NCBI GenBank assembly: GCA_002482705.1
Contig: DLGM01000366.1
Coordinates: 1 to 40,229 of the forward strand
Length of the DNA stretch: 40,229 bases
DNA from: Cyanobacteria bacterium UBA7694
GTDB taxonomy: Bacteria > Cyanobacteriota > Sericytochromatia > UBA7694
Reading direction: 5' to 3'
The notes under the pieces were generated by a model. That model searched no databases. It saw nothing but the letters and a program-made list of their open reading frames with translations, and had not been told where the DNA came from. The position numbers and the translations under genes are program-made. Shown here one piece after another: positions 23,508-32,024 of this stretch. Every line of letters begins with the position of its first letter. Position 1 is the first letter of the stretch.

Positions 23508-25292
23508 GTGGCAACCACCTCGCCCAAGCGAGTCTCTTTTGCCCACAGATGGTATCGCACCCCCACCCATCCGCGCGTGCTTTGGCTGGTTGCCGTCTGT
23601 GGCCTTTGTATTTCGCTCTTGATTGGACGGCTGTTTTATTTGCAAGCCCTCAAAGGCCCCGAGTTCCTGAAACGTGCCCAAGAGAATCAGATGCGTGGAG
23701 TGCCCCTCATGGCGGCACGGGGTACGATCTATGATCGCCACAATCGCATTCTTGCAACAAACGCCATCGCTTACTCCCTGTTATTTTATCCAGCGCGGGT
23801 CTCAGAACAGGCCTTACCTGGGGTATTAAGCCAGCTAGGAGCACATCTCAAAATTCCGGTTTCGGACTTACAGCGCCGCTTAGAATTTCGTACCAATGGG
23901 GATCCCATTTATTTGGCACACAATCTTCCCCCAGAAACTCTGGCTCTATTATTAGAAAACCGCGCTAAGATTCCGGGGTTTGAAATCACAACCAGTCTCA
24001 ATCGCAGTTATCCAGAGGGCGCACTGGCTCCGCATATCTTGGGCCATGTGGGCCAAGTCACTGCCGAAGAACTGGAAAAAGAAGCCTACAAAGACTATTA
24101 TCCAGGGGTCATGATTGGCAAAAGTGGCCTCGAAAAACGTTTAGAAGCCAAGTTGAAAGGAAAAGATGGACGGCAATTTTTTACGCTGAATCCCAAAACC
24201 CGCAAACGTGAATTTTTAAAAGATCAGCCTGCGATCCCGGGCCAAAGCATTCGCCTGACCCTTGATAAAGAGTTACAACGCCATTGTCAGCAGTTGCTAA
24301 AAAAACGAAGTTACCGTGGCGCCATTGTTGTCATGGACGTGAATGATGGCAGTGTATTGGCCCAAGTCAGCGAACCGGGATACGATCTGAATATGTTCAC
24401 CCGAGGTCTCACACAAGCTGAGTGGAATAAGCTCCAACAGGCAAATACCCACCCCTTCATGAATCGTGCCTTGAGCCCTTACCCCCCAGGCTCTATTTTT
24501 AAAATGGTCACCACCCTAGCCGCTCTTGGCGAAAATTATCTAACCCCCTCCCAGAGCTTTATCAGCCGCGGGTTTCTGAACGTGGGTGGGCATATTTTTT
24601 ATGATTGGAATCGCTCTGGATTCGGAACCGTAAACATCTATAATGCCCTGGCCCACTCTATCGACACGGTCTTTTATGAGCTGTCGCTCAAAATGGGGAT
24701 TCAACCGATCAAACGTTACGGGGAAATGTTTTTGCTCAATCAAACCACAGGCATTGAAAGCGCCGCAGAAAGTGCAGGGCTCTTACCCGACCAAGCTTGG
24801 AAACGTCAGGCATTAGGCCAGGCCTGGTTACCAGGCGACACAGTTAATGCCTCGATTGGCCAAGGCTTTATCCAAATGACGCCTCTGCAAGCGGCAATGA
24901 TGACAGCCCTGATTGCCACACGGGGCAACACCCCTCTCCCCCACCTGCTGGAAGGGCCTTCCCGCATTGCTCCCACCCATTCAGCATTGGCAACCATTCC
25001 TCAGGAGCACTGGCAAATTGTACAACGGGGCATGGAAGAAGCTGTCAGTTATGGCACAGCCAAAGCGCTGCGTGTGCCCGGTTATAAAGTTGCTGGTAAA
25101 ACAGGAACGGCAGAAACCTCCCCAGGTAGACCCACACATGCTTGGGTCGTCGCTTATGCACCGGCCCAATCCCCTCGTTATGCGGTCAGCGTATTTTTGG
25201 AACATGGGGGAAGTGGTGGAGGAAAAGCGGCCCCTATTGGCCAACAGGTCCTTGATTTCTTACTCAATGCCCCATCCCCTACGGCCCCATGA
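23508..25292 (+). CDS. mrdA: Penicillin-binding protein 2 (elongasome transpeptidase)
   Basis: 594 aa with a GTG start after AAGGAG. It has a TM anchor, the dimerisation-domain sequence RGTIYDRHNRILA, SIFK (SxxK) and KTGTAE. Confidence 0.92.
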   Translation: MATTSPKRVSFAHRWYRTPTHPRVLWLVAVCGLCISLLIGRLFYLQALKGPEFLKRAQENQMRGVPLMAARGTIYDRHNRILATNAIAYSLLFYPARVSEQALPGVLSQLGAHLKIPVSDLQRRLEFRTNGDPIYLAHNLPPETLALLLENRAKIPGFEITTSLNRSYPEGALAPHILGHVGQVTAEELEKEAYKDYYPGVMIGKSGLEKRLEAKLKGKDGRQFFTLNPKTRKREFLKDQPAIPGQSIRLTLDKELQRHCQQLLKKRSYRGAIVVMDVNDGSVLAQVSEPGYDLNMFTRGLTQAEWNKLQQANTHPFMNRALSPYPPGSIFKMVTTLAALGENYLTPSQSFISRGFLNVGGHIFYDWNRSGFGTVNIYNALAHSIDTVFYELSLKMGIQPIKRYGEMFLLNQTTGIESAAESAGLLPDQAWKRQALGQAWLPGDTVNASIGQGFIQMTPLQAAMMTALIATRGNTPLPHLLEGPSRIAPTHSALATIPQEHWQIVQRGMEEAVSYGTAKALRVPGYKVAGKTGTAETSPGRPTHAWVVAYAPAQSPRYAVSVFLEHGGSGGGKAAPIGQQVLDFLLNAPSPTAP

Positions 25293-26590
25293 TCACATCC
25301 AAGCCGCCGAGAGCACCACGTTCTCAGAAACACCATCCGCTGCACTTATTCTGTCTCTTTACACTCCTGACGCTCAGCAGCCTATGTGTCTGGAGTACGG
25401 CAGGTTTAGCTGACAATAATCCCAGCTTATTTTTGCGTCATGTCATCTCCATCCTTTTAGGGATTAGCGTCTTCTTTGCCATCAGCCGTTATCCCATTCA
25501 CCGTTTACAGCGCTGGATTGTACCCATCTATATCTTGATGACCCTTTTGTTAATCGGGGTTTTGTTGATTGGCCCTGAAGTTGCGGGTTCCCGACGCTGG
25601 TTTTATTTTGGCCCGGTTTCATTTCAACCCTCAGAATTTACCAAAGTGGTTTTAATTCTGACCCTGTCTACCCATTTGGCGTCATTGCATCGCCCTCAGA
25701 TCAAAGACTTTGGCCTCTTGGCTCTGCACCTGTTATTACCTTGTGCTCTGGTGTTTAAACAACCCGACTTGGGAACTACGCTCATGATAGCGGTGATATT
25801 TCTGGGGATGCTCACGGTGTCTCCCCTTTCTACCCCAGTTTTATTAACCTTGATCACACCTGTCATCAGTCTGGCTCTTTTTTTTGGTGCCCCGGTAGTC
25901 TGGCAAGTTTATTTGACGCTTTTATTTGTACTCGTTTTAGCACGCATCCTTTACCGGCGTTGGCACCGTACCCACACCCTCCAGCAAATCACCTTTGAAA
26001 GTAGTCTGGTGCTCTTAAATTGGGGGGTTGTCTGGTTAACCGAGCTGGCTTGGTCCCTCTTAAAGGGTTACCAGAAACAACGCATCCTCAGCTTTATTGC
26101 CGCGCAACCGGATGAACTCAATGCCGGTTATCAGGTCATGCAATCGAAAATCGCGGTGGGTTCTGGCGGTTGGTTCGGCCAAGGTTTTTTTCAAGGTTCA
26201 CAAACCCAATTGGGCTTTGTGCCCGAACAACATACCGACTTTATTTTTTCAGCCCTTGGTGAAGAAGGGGGCTTTTTTATGAGTAGCTTAATTGTCCTAC
26301 TGTTTAGTGCCCTGATAGCCCGCACCCTATGGATTGCCTATCGCAGTGAAAAGCTGAGTGAACTCTATCTGTGTACGGGCGTAGGCACCATGTTATTAGC
26401 CCATGTGGCTGTTAATATTGGGATGAATCTAGATCTCTTACCCGTCACCGGTGTCCCACTCCCACTTTTTAGTTATGGGGGCAGTTCGATGCTCATTCAT
26501 ATGGCATCATTGGGGTTGGTAGAAAGTGTTTATCTGCATCAGCAGCTTGGACGTTCTCTGCCAGTATCCCCCGTTGAGAGGACGAGTTAG
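25289..26590 (+). CDS. rodA: Rod-shape-determining SEDS protein RodA
   Basis: 433 aa in the FtsW/RodA/SpoVE family. Matching sequences are FQPSEFTKV, EQHTDFIFSALGEEGGF and GVPLPLFSYGGSSM. ATGA overlaps mrdA. Confidence 0.92.
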   Translation: MITSKPPRAPRSQKHHPLHLFCLFTLLTLSSLCVWSTAGLADNNPSLFLRHVISILLGISVFFAISRYPIHRLQRWIVPIYILMTLLLIGVLLIGPEVAGSRRWFYFGPVSFQPSEFTKVVLILTLSTHLASLHRPQIKDFGLLALHLLLPCALVFKQPDLGTTLMIAVIFLGMLTVSPLSTPVLLTLITPVISLALFFGAPVVWQVYLTLLFVLVLARILYRRWHRTHTLQQITFESSLVLLNWGVVWLTELAWSLLKGYQKQRILSFIAAQPDELNAGYQVMQSKIAVGSGGWFGQGFFQGSQTQLGFVPEQHTDFIFSALGEEGGFFMSSLIVLLFSALIARTLWIAYRSEKLSELYLCTGVGTMLLAHVAVNIGMNLDLLPVTGVPLPLFSYGGSSMLIHMASLGLVESVYLHQQLGRSLPVSPVERTS

Positions 26591-26591
26591 C

Positions 26592-27752
26592 ATGTATCAA
26601 AAAATAACGATCACAGCCCTTATTTTGCTCCTGTCAGGCTGTGCCGCACAGCGAGCCTGGGTCGAAGAATGGCCCACCCACCGTTATAACTTAGCACGTC
26701 GGGCCGCCCTACCCGAAGGCCCCCGTCCCCCCTTACGGCTGCGCTGGAAACATGCCACCGAAGGGCGGATTATGTATGCGGCAGTGGCTGATGCCGAACG
26801 GATTTACATCGGTTCACGGGATGGAACGCTGATTGCCTTAAGCCATGAGGGGGCCTTGTTATGGAAACAAACCATCGAGCAAGGGGGATTGTATCAGAGC
26901 CCCAGCCTACAAGGAAACGAAATTCTGGCTGGGAAATGGTCCCCCTATTATCACATTTATGGTTTTGCCCGCAGCAATGGTGAAAAACAATGGGAACTGG
27001 AAAGTGGAGAGCTTGAGAATCGCCCCCCATGGGTCAGTGCGGATGATAAGCAGATTATTTATAGCGCTGACCCGCCCTACAGTGCTGAGAACCTTGAGAA
27101 AAGTGCCTTGGTCGCTTTAGAGCGAACCAGCCGTACGGAACAATGGCGGACTATTTTACCGGGGCAACTCGGGGGGATAGCCACTTGGAGCCCCACTCAT
27201 ATTTATGTAGGCACCCAATCCCTCTCGGGCAACTATATGCTGGCCATTGAGCGCGCCAGCGGAAAAATCGCCTGGACACACCCCCTCACGGGAGCCCCCA
27301 CGTCCGCTCCCATTCTCACCGCCAAAGCAGCTCACATAAGCAGCGAAAATGGTGACATATATAGCTTTGATCTACTTTCTGGAACCCTCAACTGGCGCTT
27401 TACTTTGACCGGTGATCATGTCACCTCTGACATGGCATTGGGAGGGGACACGCTTTATTTCACCAGCCACACTCAGCACCTGTATGCATTTGATCTGAAT
27501 AACCGAGAAGTCTTATGGAAATTCCGCGCCCCACGCCCTTTGGGTGCGCCGATTGTCACCCAAAAGCATATTTATGCCGGTTCTGAGAACCGCATGTTAT
27601 ATGCATGGGAACACTCCGGGCGTCTAAGCAGCGTTTACCCCACCGGAGGTGCGCTGACTGCCCCCCCCATCATTGTCAAAGACCTCTTGATTATTGGGGG
27701 GGAAGACGGCGTGGTTTATGCCTTTGAAGAACAGGCATTGCCCACTAAGTAA
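26592..27752 (+). CDS. PQQ-like beta-propeller repeat lipoprotein (BamB-like fold)
   Basis: 386 aa from MYQKITITALILLLSGCAAQ (lipobox). It contains repeated '...G.LYAFD..SG...W.F' blades (IYSFDLLSGTLNWRF, LYAFDLNNREVLWKF, VYAFE). Confidence 0.8.
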   Translation: MYQKITITALILLLSGCAAQRAWVEEWPTHRYNLARRAALPEGPRPPLRLRWKHATEGRIMYAAVADAERIYIGSRDGTLIALSHEGALLWKQTIEQGGLYQSPSLQGNEILAGKWSPYYHIYGFARSNGEKQWELESGELENRPPWVSADDKQIIYSADPPYSAENLEKSALVALERTSRTEQWRTILPGQLGGIATWSPTHIYVGTQSLSGNYMLAIERASGKIAWTHPLTGAPTSAPILTAKAAHISSENGDIYSFDLLSGTLNWRFTLTGDHVTSDMALGGDTLYFTSHTQHLYAFDLNNREVLWKFRAPRPLGAPIVTQKHIYAGSENRMLYAWEHSGRLSSVYPTGGALTAPPIIVKDLLIIGGEDGVVYAFEEQALPTK

Positions 27753-27753
27753 A

Positions 27754-29625
27754 TTATTCGTCGTTGAGTACCCGGCTGAAACGGGCCGTTTTAACTGGTG
27801 CTTGGGATATCGCCCCAGGGCTGCGCAATTGATTGATATACTTTTTCCGCTGCGGCAAATGCACAGCGGAAAGCTGAAACTCTTGCACCATTTCGCGTAA
27901 TTCTTCGCCAAATTCAGCCACAGCCCGGGCCGATTCAAGGGTTTGTTGAGCAATACGATCATTCCCGTGAGCTACCTTTTCAACCTCTGAAACGGCGGCC
28001 TGGGTCCGCTCAATCGAAGTCACCTGACGGGCGGTATCCAAACGAATCGCCTGAGAGGCCTTGCTAATATCAGCCGTTGCCTGCACAATCTGCTGATTGC
28101 TTTCTTCTTGGCGCTCAGTGGCCTGCACAATTTGTTTGATCATCTGACTGACCTGCTCAATCGTTTGGACCGTGTTTTCTGTATTAAAGGCCTGGGCTTT
28201 GACTTCTTCGGTAACTTTGTTGACCTGATGGCTCATGTCTTCAGCACGAGCGGCAATATGCTCAGCAGCGCGGGCCTGTTCTTCGGCCCCCTCTCTGATT
28301 TGTTCAATCAAACTCACCGTAGTCTCTACGCCCTTGATAACCTGATTAATTTTACCGCCTGTTTCAGCAGCCAAACGAGCCCCTTCTTCTGCCTGGTTTA
28401 CCCCACCACGGACAGTTTTCACCGCACCTTCAGCCTCCACTTGGATACCACGAATCAGCTCCGAGATTTCTTTAGTGGCACGGCTGGAACGCTCAGCCAG
28501 TTTGCGCACCTCATCAGCGACCACAGCAAAACCTTTCCCATGCTCACCAGCCCGAGCCGCTTCAATCGCAGCGTTAAGCGCCAATAAGTTAGTCTGATCA
28601 GAGATATCATCAATAACATTAATAATTTCACCGATTTTCTGGGTGCTAGCACCCAGATGCTCAATAACACTAGAAGCTTCTAGAACAACCTCTTTGAGAT
28701 GGTTTATGCCGTGAATGGTCTTTTGCACCGAGGCACTGCCTTCAAAGGCCGCTTCCTGCATATCTTGGCCCAAACGGGCACCCTCTTGAATACTAAAAGA
28801 GACCTCATTAAAACTGGAGGAGAGCTGATTAATGGCCGCTGAGACATCCGCAGTGCCTCGGCTGATAAACTCTGCACTGCGACGGATTTCATTAAAGGCA
28901 TTAAAGTTTTGGGAAACAACGATGGATACTTGGTCACTCGCATTAGAAAGCTTCTGAATGCTGCTGGTCGATTCCGTTAGATTTTTTGCCACCTGCTCAA
29001 TTTGGCGATTGGTTTCGGTAGCACGCAAAGCCAGAGCTGAGGCCTGTTCATCAATACCGCGCACCGATCGGCTGACTTCTTCCATAGAGCCCGATATCTC
29101 AGAAATAGCCGAAGCCTGTTTGGCTGCACCCGTCGCTGTTTCGCGGGCCAAAGACTGAATTTCCCCAGAAGCTTGGGCAGTTTGGTTAGAGGTTTCTAAG
29201 ATGCGGCCAAATTTTTCATTGAGGTTATGGGTCATCTCATTAAAGGTATGGGCCAGTTCGGCAAATTCGTCCTGGGTACGCACTACCGCTGTGCGCGTAA
29301 GATTCCCACCCGCAATTGAGTTGGCAACTTGGTTGACCTCCTTGAGGGATCGGGTAATCTGACGGGTTTGGCGGAAAGCCAGAACCAGCAAAATCAGTTG
29401 TGACAACCCAAACCACACAACGGTAGGCCAAAATATTTGTGACTGAATACGCACACTTTCTTGATAAAGACGGGTCGTCTGCTCAGTTTTAACATCAATG
29501 TGCGTATACATTCCCTGAAGCTTTTGGCTCAGTTGGCCTAGCCCTGTCAAACTGATAATAACAATCACCAGCAGCGAAAACGAGGTAATCGAGAAACTTA
29601 CCATCAGCTTGGCAAATATTTTCAT
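27754..29625 (-). CDS. Methyl-accepting chemotaxis protein with a minimal periplasmic loop, a HAMP domain and an unusually long signalling domain
   Basis: 623 aa from [11 protein letters not shown]. Its ATG overlaps the cheW stop (ATGA). It has two TM segments separated by about 35 aa, and a HAMP domain ([19 protein letters not shown]...[13 protein letters not shown]). The conserved hairpin tip is [40 protein letters not shown]. The track extension to 29787 overlaps cheW. Confidence 0.92.
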   Translation of the reverse strand: MKIFAKLMVSFSITSFSLLVIVIISLTGLGQLSQKLQGMYTHIDVKTEQTTRLYQESVRIQSQIFWPTVVWFGLSQLILLVLAFRQTRQITRSLKEVNQVANSIAGGNLTRTAVVRTQDEFAELAHTFNEMTHNLNEKFGRILETSNQTAQASGEIQSLARETATGAAKQASAISEISGSMEEVSRSVRGIDEQASALALRATETNRQIEQVAKNLTESTSSIQKLSNASDQVSIVVSQNFNAFNEIRRSAEFISRGTADVSAAINQLSSSFNEVSFSIQEGARLGQDMQEAAFEGSASVQKTIHGINHLKEVVLEASSVIEHLGASTQKIGEIINVIDDISDQTNLLALNAAIEAARAGEHGKGFAVVADEVRKLAERSSRATKEISELIRGIQVEAEGAVKTVRGGVNQAEEGARLAAETGGKINQVIKGVETTVSLIEQIREGAEEQARAAEHIAARAEDMSHQVNKVTEEVKAQAFNTENTVQTIEQVSQMIKQIVQATERQEESNQQIVQATADISKASQAIRLDTARQVTSIERTQAAVSEVEKVAHGNDRIAQQTLESARAVAEFGEELREMVQEFQLSAVHLPQRKKYINQLRSPGAISQAPVKTARFSRVLNDE

Positions 29626-30080
29626 ACAGCCTCCTGTAGTTGAGGGGTTAAGTGATAATCCTGTAAGACCGTATCGAGAGAAAGCACCATAAAAATCCCA
29701 TCCTTGAGGCGTCCAACCCCCAATACAGCATCTTGATAAGCGAGCGCACTGGTAACCGGTTCGAGGGGGATTTCTGACAAAACCCACACTTCCATGACCT
29801 GATCGACCACCAAACCAATGCTTTCATCTTGGCTGCGGACAATAATAAAACGGGTAGAAGCCTGAAGCGGCTCAGCACCCAAACCTAAACGAGGGGCTAA
29901 ATGAATCAGCGGGACAATTTGACCCCGCAAATTGATGACGCCAGCAATCCAGTTTGGGGTGAGTGGAACTGGGGTAATCGGCAACGGGCGAATAATCTCT
30001 TGCACATTGAGAATATCGAGGGCATAACGCTCCGCCGCCAAACGAAAGCTGACCACCTGTTGAATGGTGCTGAGTGTCAT
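29622..30080 (-). CDS. cheW: Chemotaxis coupling protein CheW
   Basis: 152 aa. The sequence [32 protein letters not shown]...[14 protein letters not shown] is typical of the CheW fold. Confidence 0.9.
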   Translation of the reverse strand: MTLSTIQQVVSFRLAAERYALDILNVQEIIRPLPITPVPLTPNWIAGVINLRGQIVPLIHLAPRLGLGAEPLQASTRFIIVRSQDESIGLVVDQVMEVWVLSEIPLEPVTSALAYQDAVLGVGRLKDGIFMVLSLDTVLQDYHLTPQLQEAV

Positions 30081-30568
30081 GGGGTTGGCCTCCGGTATAA
30101 CAGAGCATGCACCGAGAATGCCCCCTGTTCAGTGGCAATCGGCACTGCAAAATGTAACCATGGGGGAGGCAGCACATGGGCAGGAGGCTGTACTCCCGCC
30201 AAGTCAAAGACTTGGGGCAGCCCAATGCTAAAGAGATCTTGACGTTGTTGGGTTAAGGCCGTTTTAATGCCGCCAGCAATCATATTGGTAACTTCAGCCA
30301 CCGCCTCAAGCACTTCTTCATTCACAGTCATTAAGGGTTCTTGTAAAAGACGTGCAGCCAGCTCAATCGCCAGCGGGTAAGAGAGCTGCAGAGAGAGAGA
30401 CCCGTTGAGCTGCCCATGAATATCGATGGTTCCCAACACTTCTGGTGGGGGTAACTCAGGATTGACATCTGGCAAAATCCGCAGGGGAATCATCGTAGAA
30501 AACAACTGTTTCACGGAAATTCTCACTGCGTCGATAAAGGCACGCTCCTCCAGCAGCACTGCTCCCAA
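30077..30568 (-). CDS. cheX: CheX/CheC-family CheY-P phosphatase
   Basis: 163 aa. It has EAVAEVTNMIAGG (the E-x2-N catalytic motif in the CheC/CheX/FliY family) and sits between cheY and cheW. The start is uncertain: TTG lies 3 nt after the cheY stop and there is no clear SD. Confidence 0.75.
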   Translation of the reverse strand: MGAVLLEERAFIDAVRISVKQLFSTMIPLRILPDVNPELPPPEVLGTIDIHGQLNGSLSLQLSYPLAIELAARLLQEPLMTVNEEVLEAVAEVTNMIAGGIKTALTQQRQDLFSIGLPQVFDLAGVQPPAHVLPPPWLHFAVPIATEQGAFSVHALLYRRPTP

Positions 30569-30571
30569 CCG

Positions 30572-30964
30572 CTAGACGCGTAGAGGCACAACTTTTTTGA
30601 GTGTCTTGGTCAGCGTTTCAGCCGTAAAGGGCTTCACGATATATTCATTGACCCCCGACTCCATGGCCTCCGTGACTTTATCAATGGTGCCTTCAGTGGT
30701 AATCATAATAATCTGTACAGGTTTTTCCCGCGCACTGGTGGCTTCATATTCGCGCAGTTTACGCACAAACTCTAGGCCATTCATTTTCGGCATATTCCAG
30801 TCGCTCAGCACCACATCAAGGGTTTCTGATTTGAATACTTCGAGCGCCTTCTCCCCATCGGGAGCCTCAAGGGTATGTGCATTGGCATAAGGGCCGGTAC
30901 TGAGGTGCTTCTTGATGACTTTGCGGGTTACGCTCGAGTCGTCTACGATCAAAATCGAGGTCAT
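30572..30964 (-). CDS. cheY: Chemotaxis response regulator CheY
   Basis: 130 aa. Motifs are ILIVDDSS, VVLSDWNMPKMNG, IMITTEG and YIVKPF. GGAGG lies upstream. Confidence 0.92.
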   Translation of the reverse strand: MTSILIVDDSSVTRKVIKKHLSTGPYANAHTLEAPDGEKALEVFKSETLDVVLSDWNMPKMNGLEFVRKLREYEATSAREKPVQIIMITTEGTIDKVTEAMESGVNEYIVKPFTAETLTKTLKKVVPLRV

Positions 30965-31130
30965 GTGGTGGTCTTTCCTCCCATTCAGACCGTTCGGCAG
31001 CGGAACGCCAAGCGGCAGATAATGCAGAAGTATAACACCATTTGAGATGCATCAACAGAGCGGCTACCCAGCAGATTAAGAGGCCCTTAACGCCTCATTG
31101 CCATGGCTCCTGCCACCGCTTCCAATCTTA

Positions 31131-31159
31131 TTGGGGAATAGGTTTCCATAGGCTATAAT
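31131..31159 (+). promoter_or_regulatory. Sigma70-like promoter candidate for nuoJKLMN
   Basis: TTGGGG (31131-31136), a 17-bp spacer, then TATAAT (31154-31159). It lies about 50 nt upstream of the nuoJ ATG. Confidence 0.45.
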
Positions 31160-31207
31160 GATTTAGCTTTATTCGTTTTAAGTGAGACATTTTTCAAGGC
31201 AGCAATC

Positions 31208-31714
31208 ATGGAGACCACCCTTTATTTCATCATTCTTGCAGCCGTTGCGGTCATCGGCGGGCTTCTTACGATCACCAGAAGTCATCCTCTGTCAGCGACC
31301 CTTTCGCTGGTCGTTACGCTGATCGCCCTGGCAGGTCTGTATGCCCTGCTCTCAGCTGAATTTTTATTTGTAATCCAAATTTTGGTATACGCCGGGGCGA
31401 TTATGGCCCTGATGGTCTTTGTGATCATGCTCCTCAATGTCCGTGAGAGCAGCTTTCCCAAAGAGACAGGGTTTGAGGTCAAGGTTTTATTAACTTTCGC
31501 CTTGAGCAGTCCGCTCCTGCTCACCACCTTGTGGGCCATTCACCAACATTTTGGCGACAGCACTTTCCCCGCTCTGTCCGCTAACGGTTTTGGCTCAATC
31601 AAAAGTGTAGGGCTTGAACTGTATACTCAGTTCTTTTTTCCCTTTGAAATCGTATCTATCCTTTTGTTAGTCGCCTTGGTTGGAGTGGTCACCTTGGCCA
31701 AGAGAAGAGCTTAA
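31208..31714 (+). CDS. nuoJ: NADH-quinone oxidoreductase subunit J
   Basis: 168 aa and five TM segments. The sequence LSAEFLFVIQILVYAGAIMALMVFVIML is typical of NuoJ/ND6, and the gene sits before nuoK. Confidence 0.9.
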   Translation: METTLYFIILAAVAVIGGLLTITRSHPLSATLSLVVTLIALAGLYALLSAEFLFVIQILVYAGAIMALMVFVIMLLNVRESSFPKETGFEVKVLLTFALSSPLLLTTLWAIHQHFGDSTFPALSANGFGSIKSVGLELYTQFFFPFEIVSILLLVALVGVVTLAKRRA

Positions 31715-31716
31715 CT

Positions 31717-32019
31717 ATGCCTGGTTTAACCCACTATCTCTCCGTCAGCGCCATCCTCTTTTTTCTGGGGCTGACAGGCTTTCTAAGCCGCAAAAATATT
31801 TTTATTATGTTGCTCTCAATTGAGCTGATGCTCAACGGCATTAACCTGAGTTTTGTTGCCTTTGCCCGCCACTTGAATCAAATGGACGGGCATGTCTTTG
31901 TATTTTTTGTCATTGGCGTTGCGGCCGCAGAAGCGGCAATTAGTCTGGCCTTGGTGATTCTACTGTTTAAAAACCGTGACACCATCAATGTCGATGACTA
32001 TAACGCCATGAAAGGTTAA
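31717..32019 (+). CDS. nuoK: NADH-quinone oxidoreductase subunit K
   Basis: 100 aa and three TM segments. SIELMLNGINL and AAAEAAISLALV are typical of NuoK/ND4L. Confidence 0.92.
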   Translation: MPGLTHYLSVSAILFFLGLTGFLSRKNIFIMLLSIELMLNGINLSFVAFARHLNQMDGHVFVFFVIGVAAAEAAISLALVILLFKNRDTINVDDYNAMKG

Positions 32020-32024
32020 CCGCT

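Noticed and set aside
29626-29787. The ORF track gives long N-terminal extensions for mcp. Similar extensions occur for other genes: 9333-9419 (lptF/G), 17960-18040 (subunit IV), 22789-22842 (sco1), 26526-26591 (PQQ lipoprotein), 33950-33988 (nuoM) and 14015-14041 (rod/hook-like).
   Set aside because: Each extension overlaps the upstream gene or lacks an SD. The internal Met gives a canonical N-terminus (signal peptide, TM helix or family start), usually with SD or ATGA/TAATG coupling.
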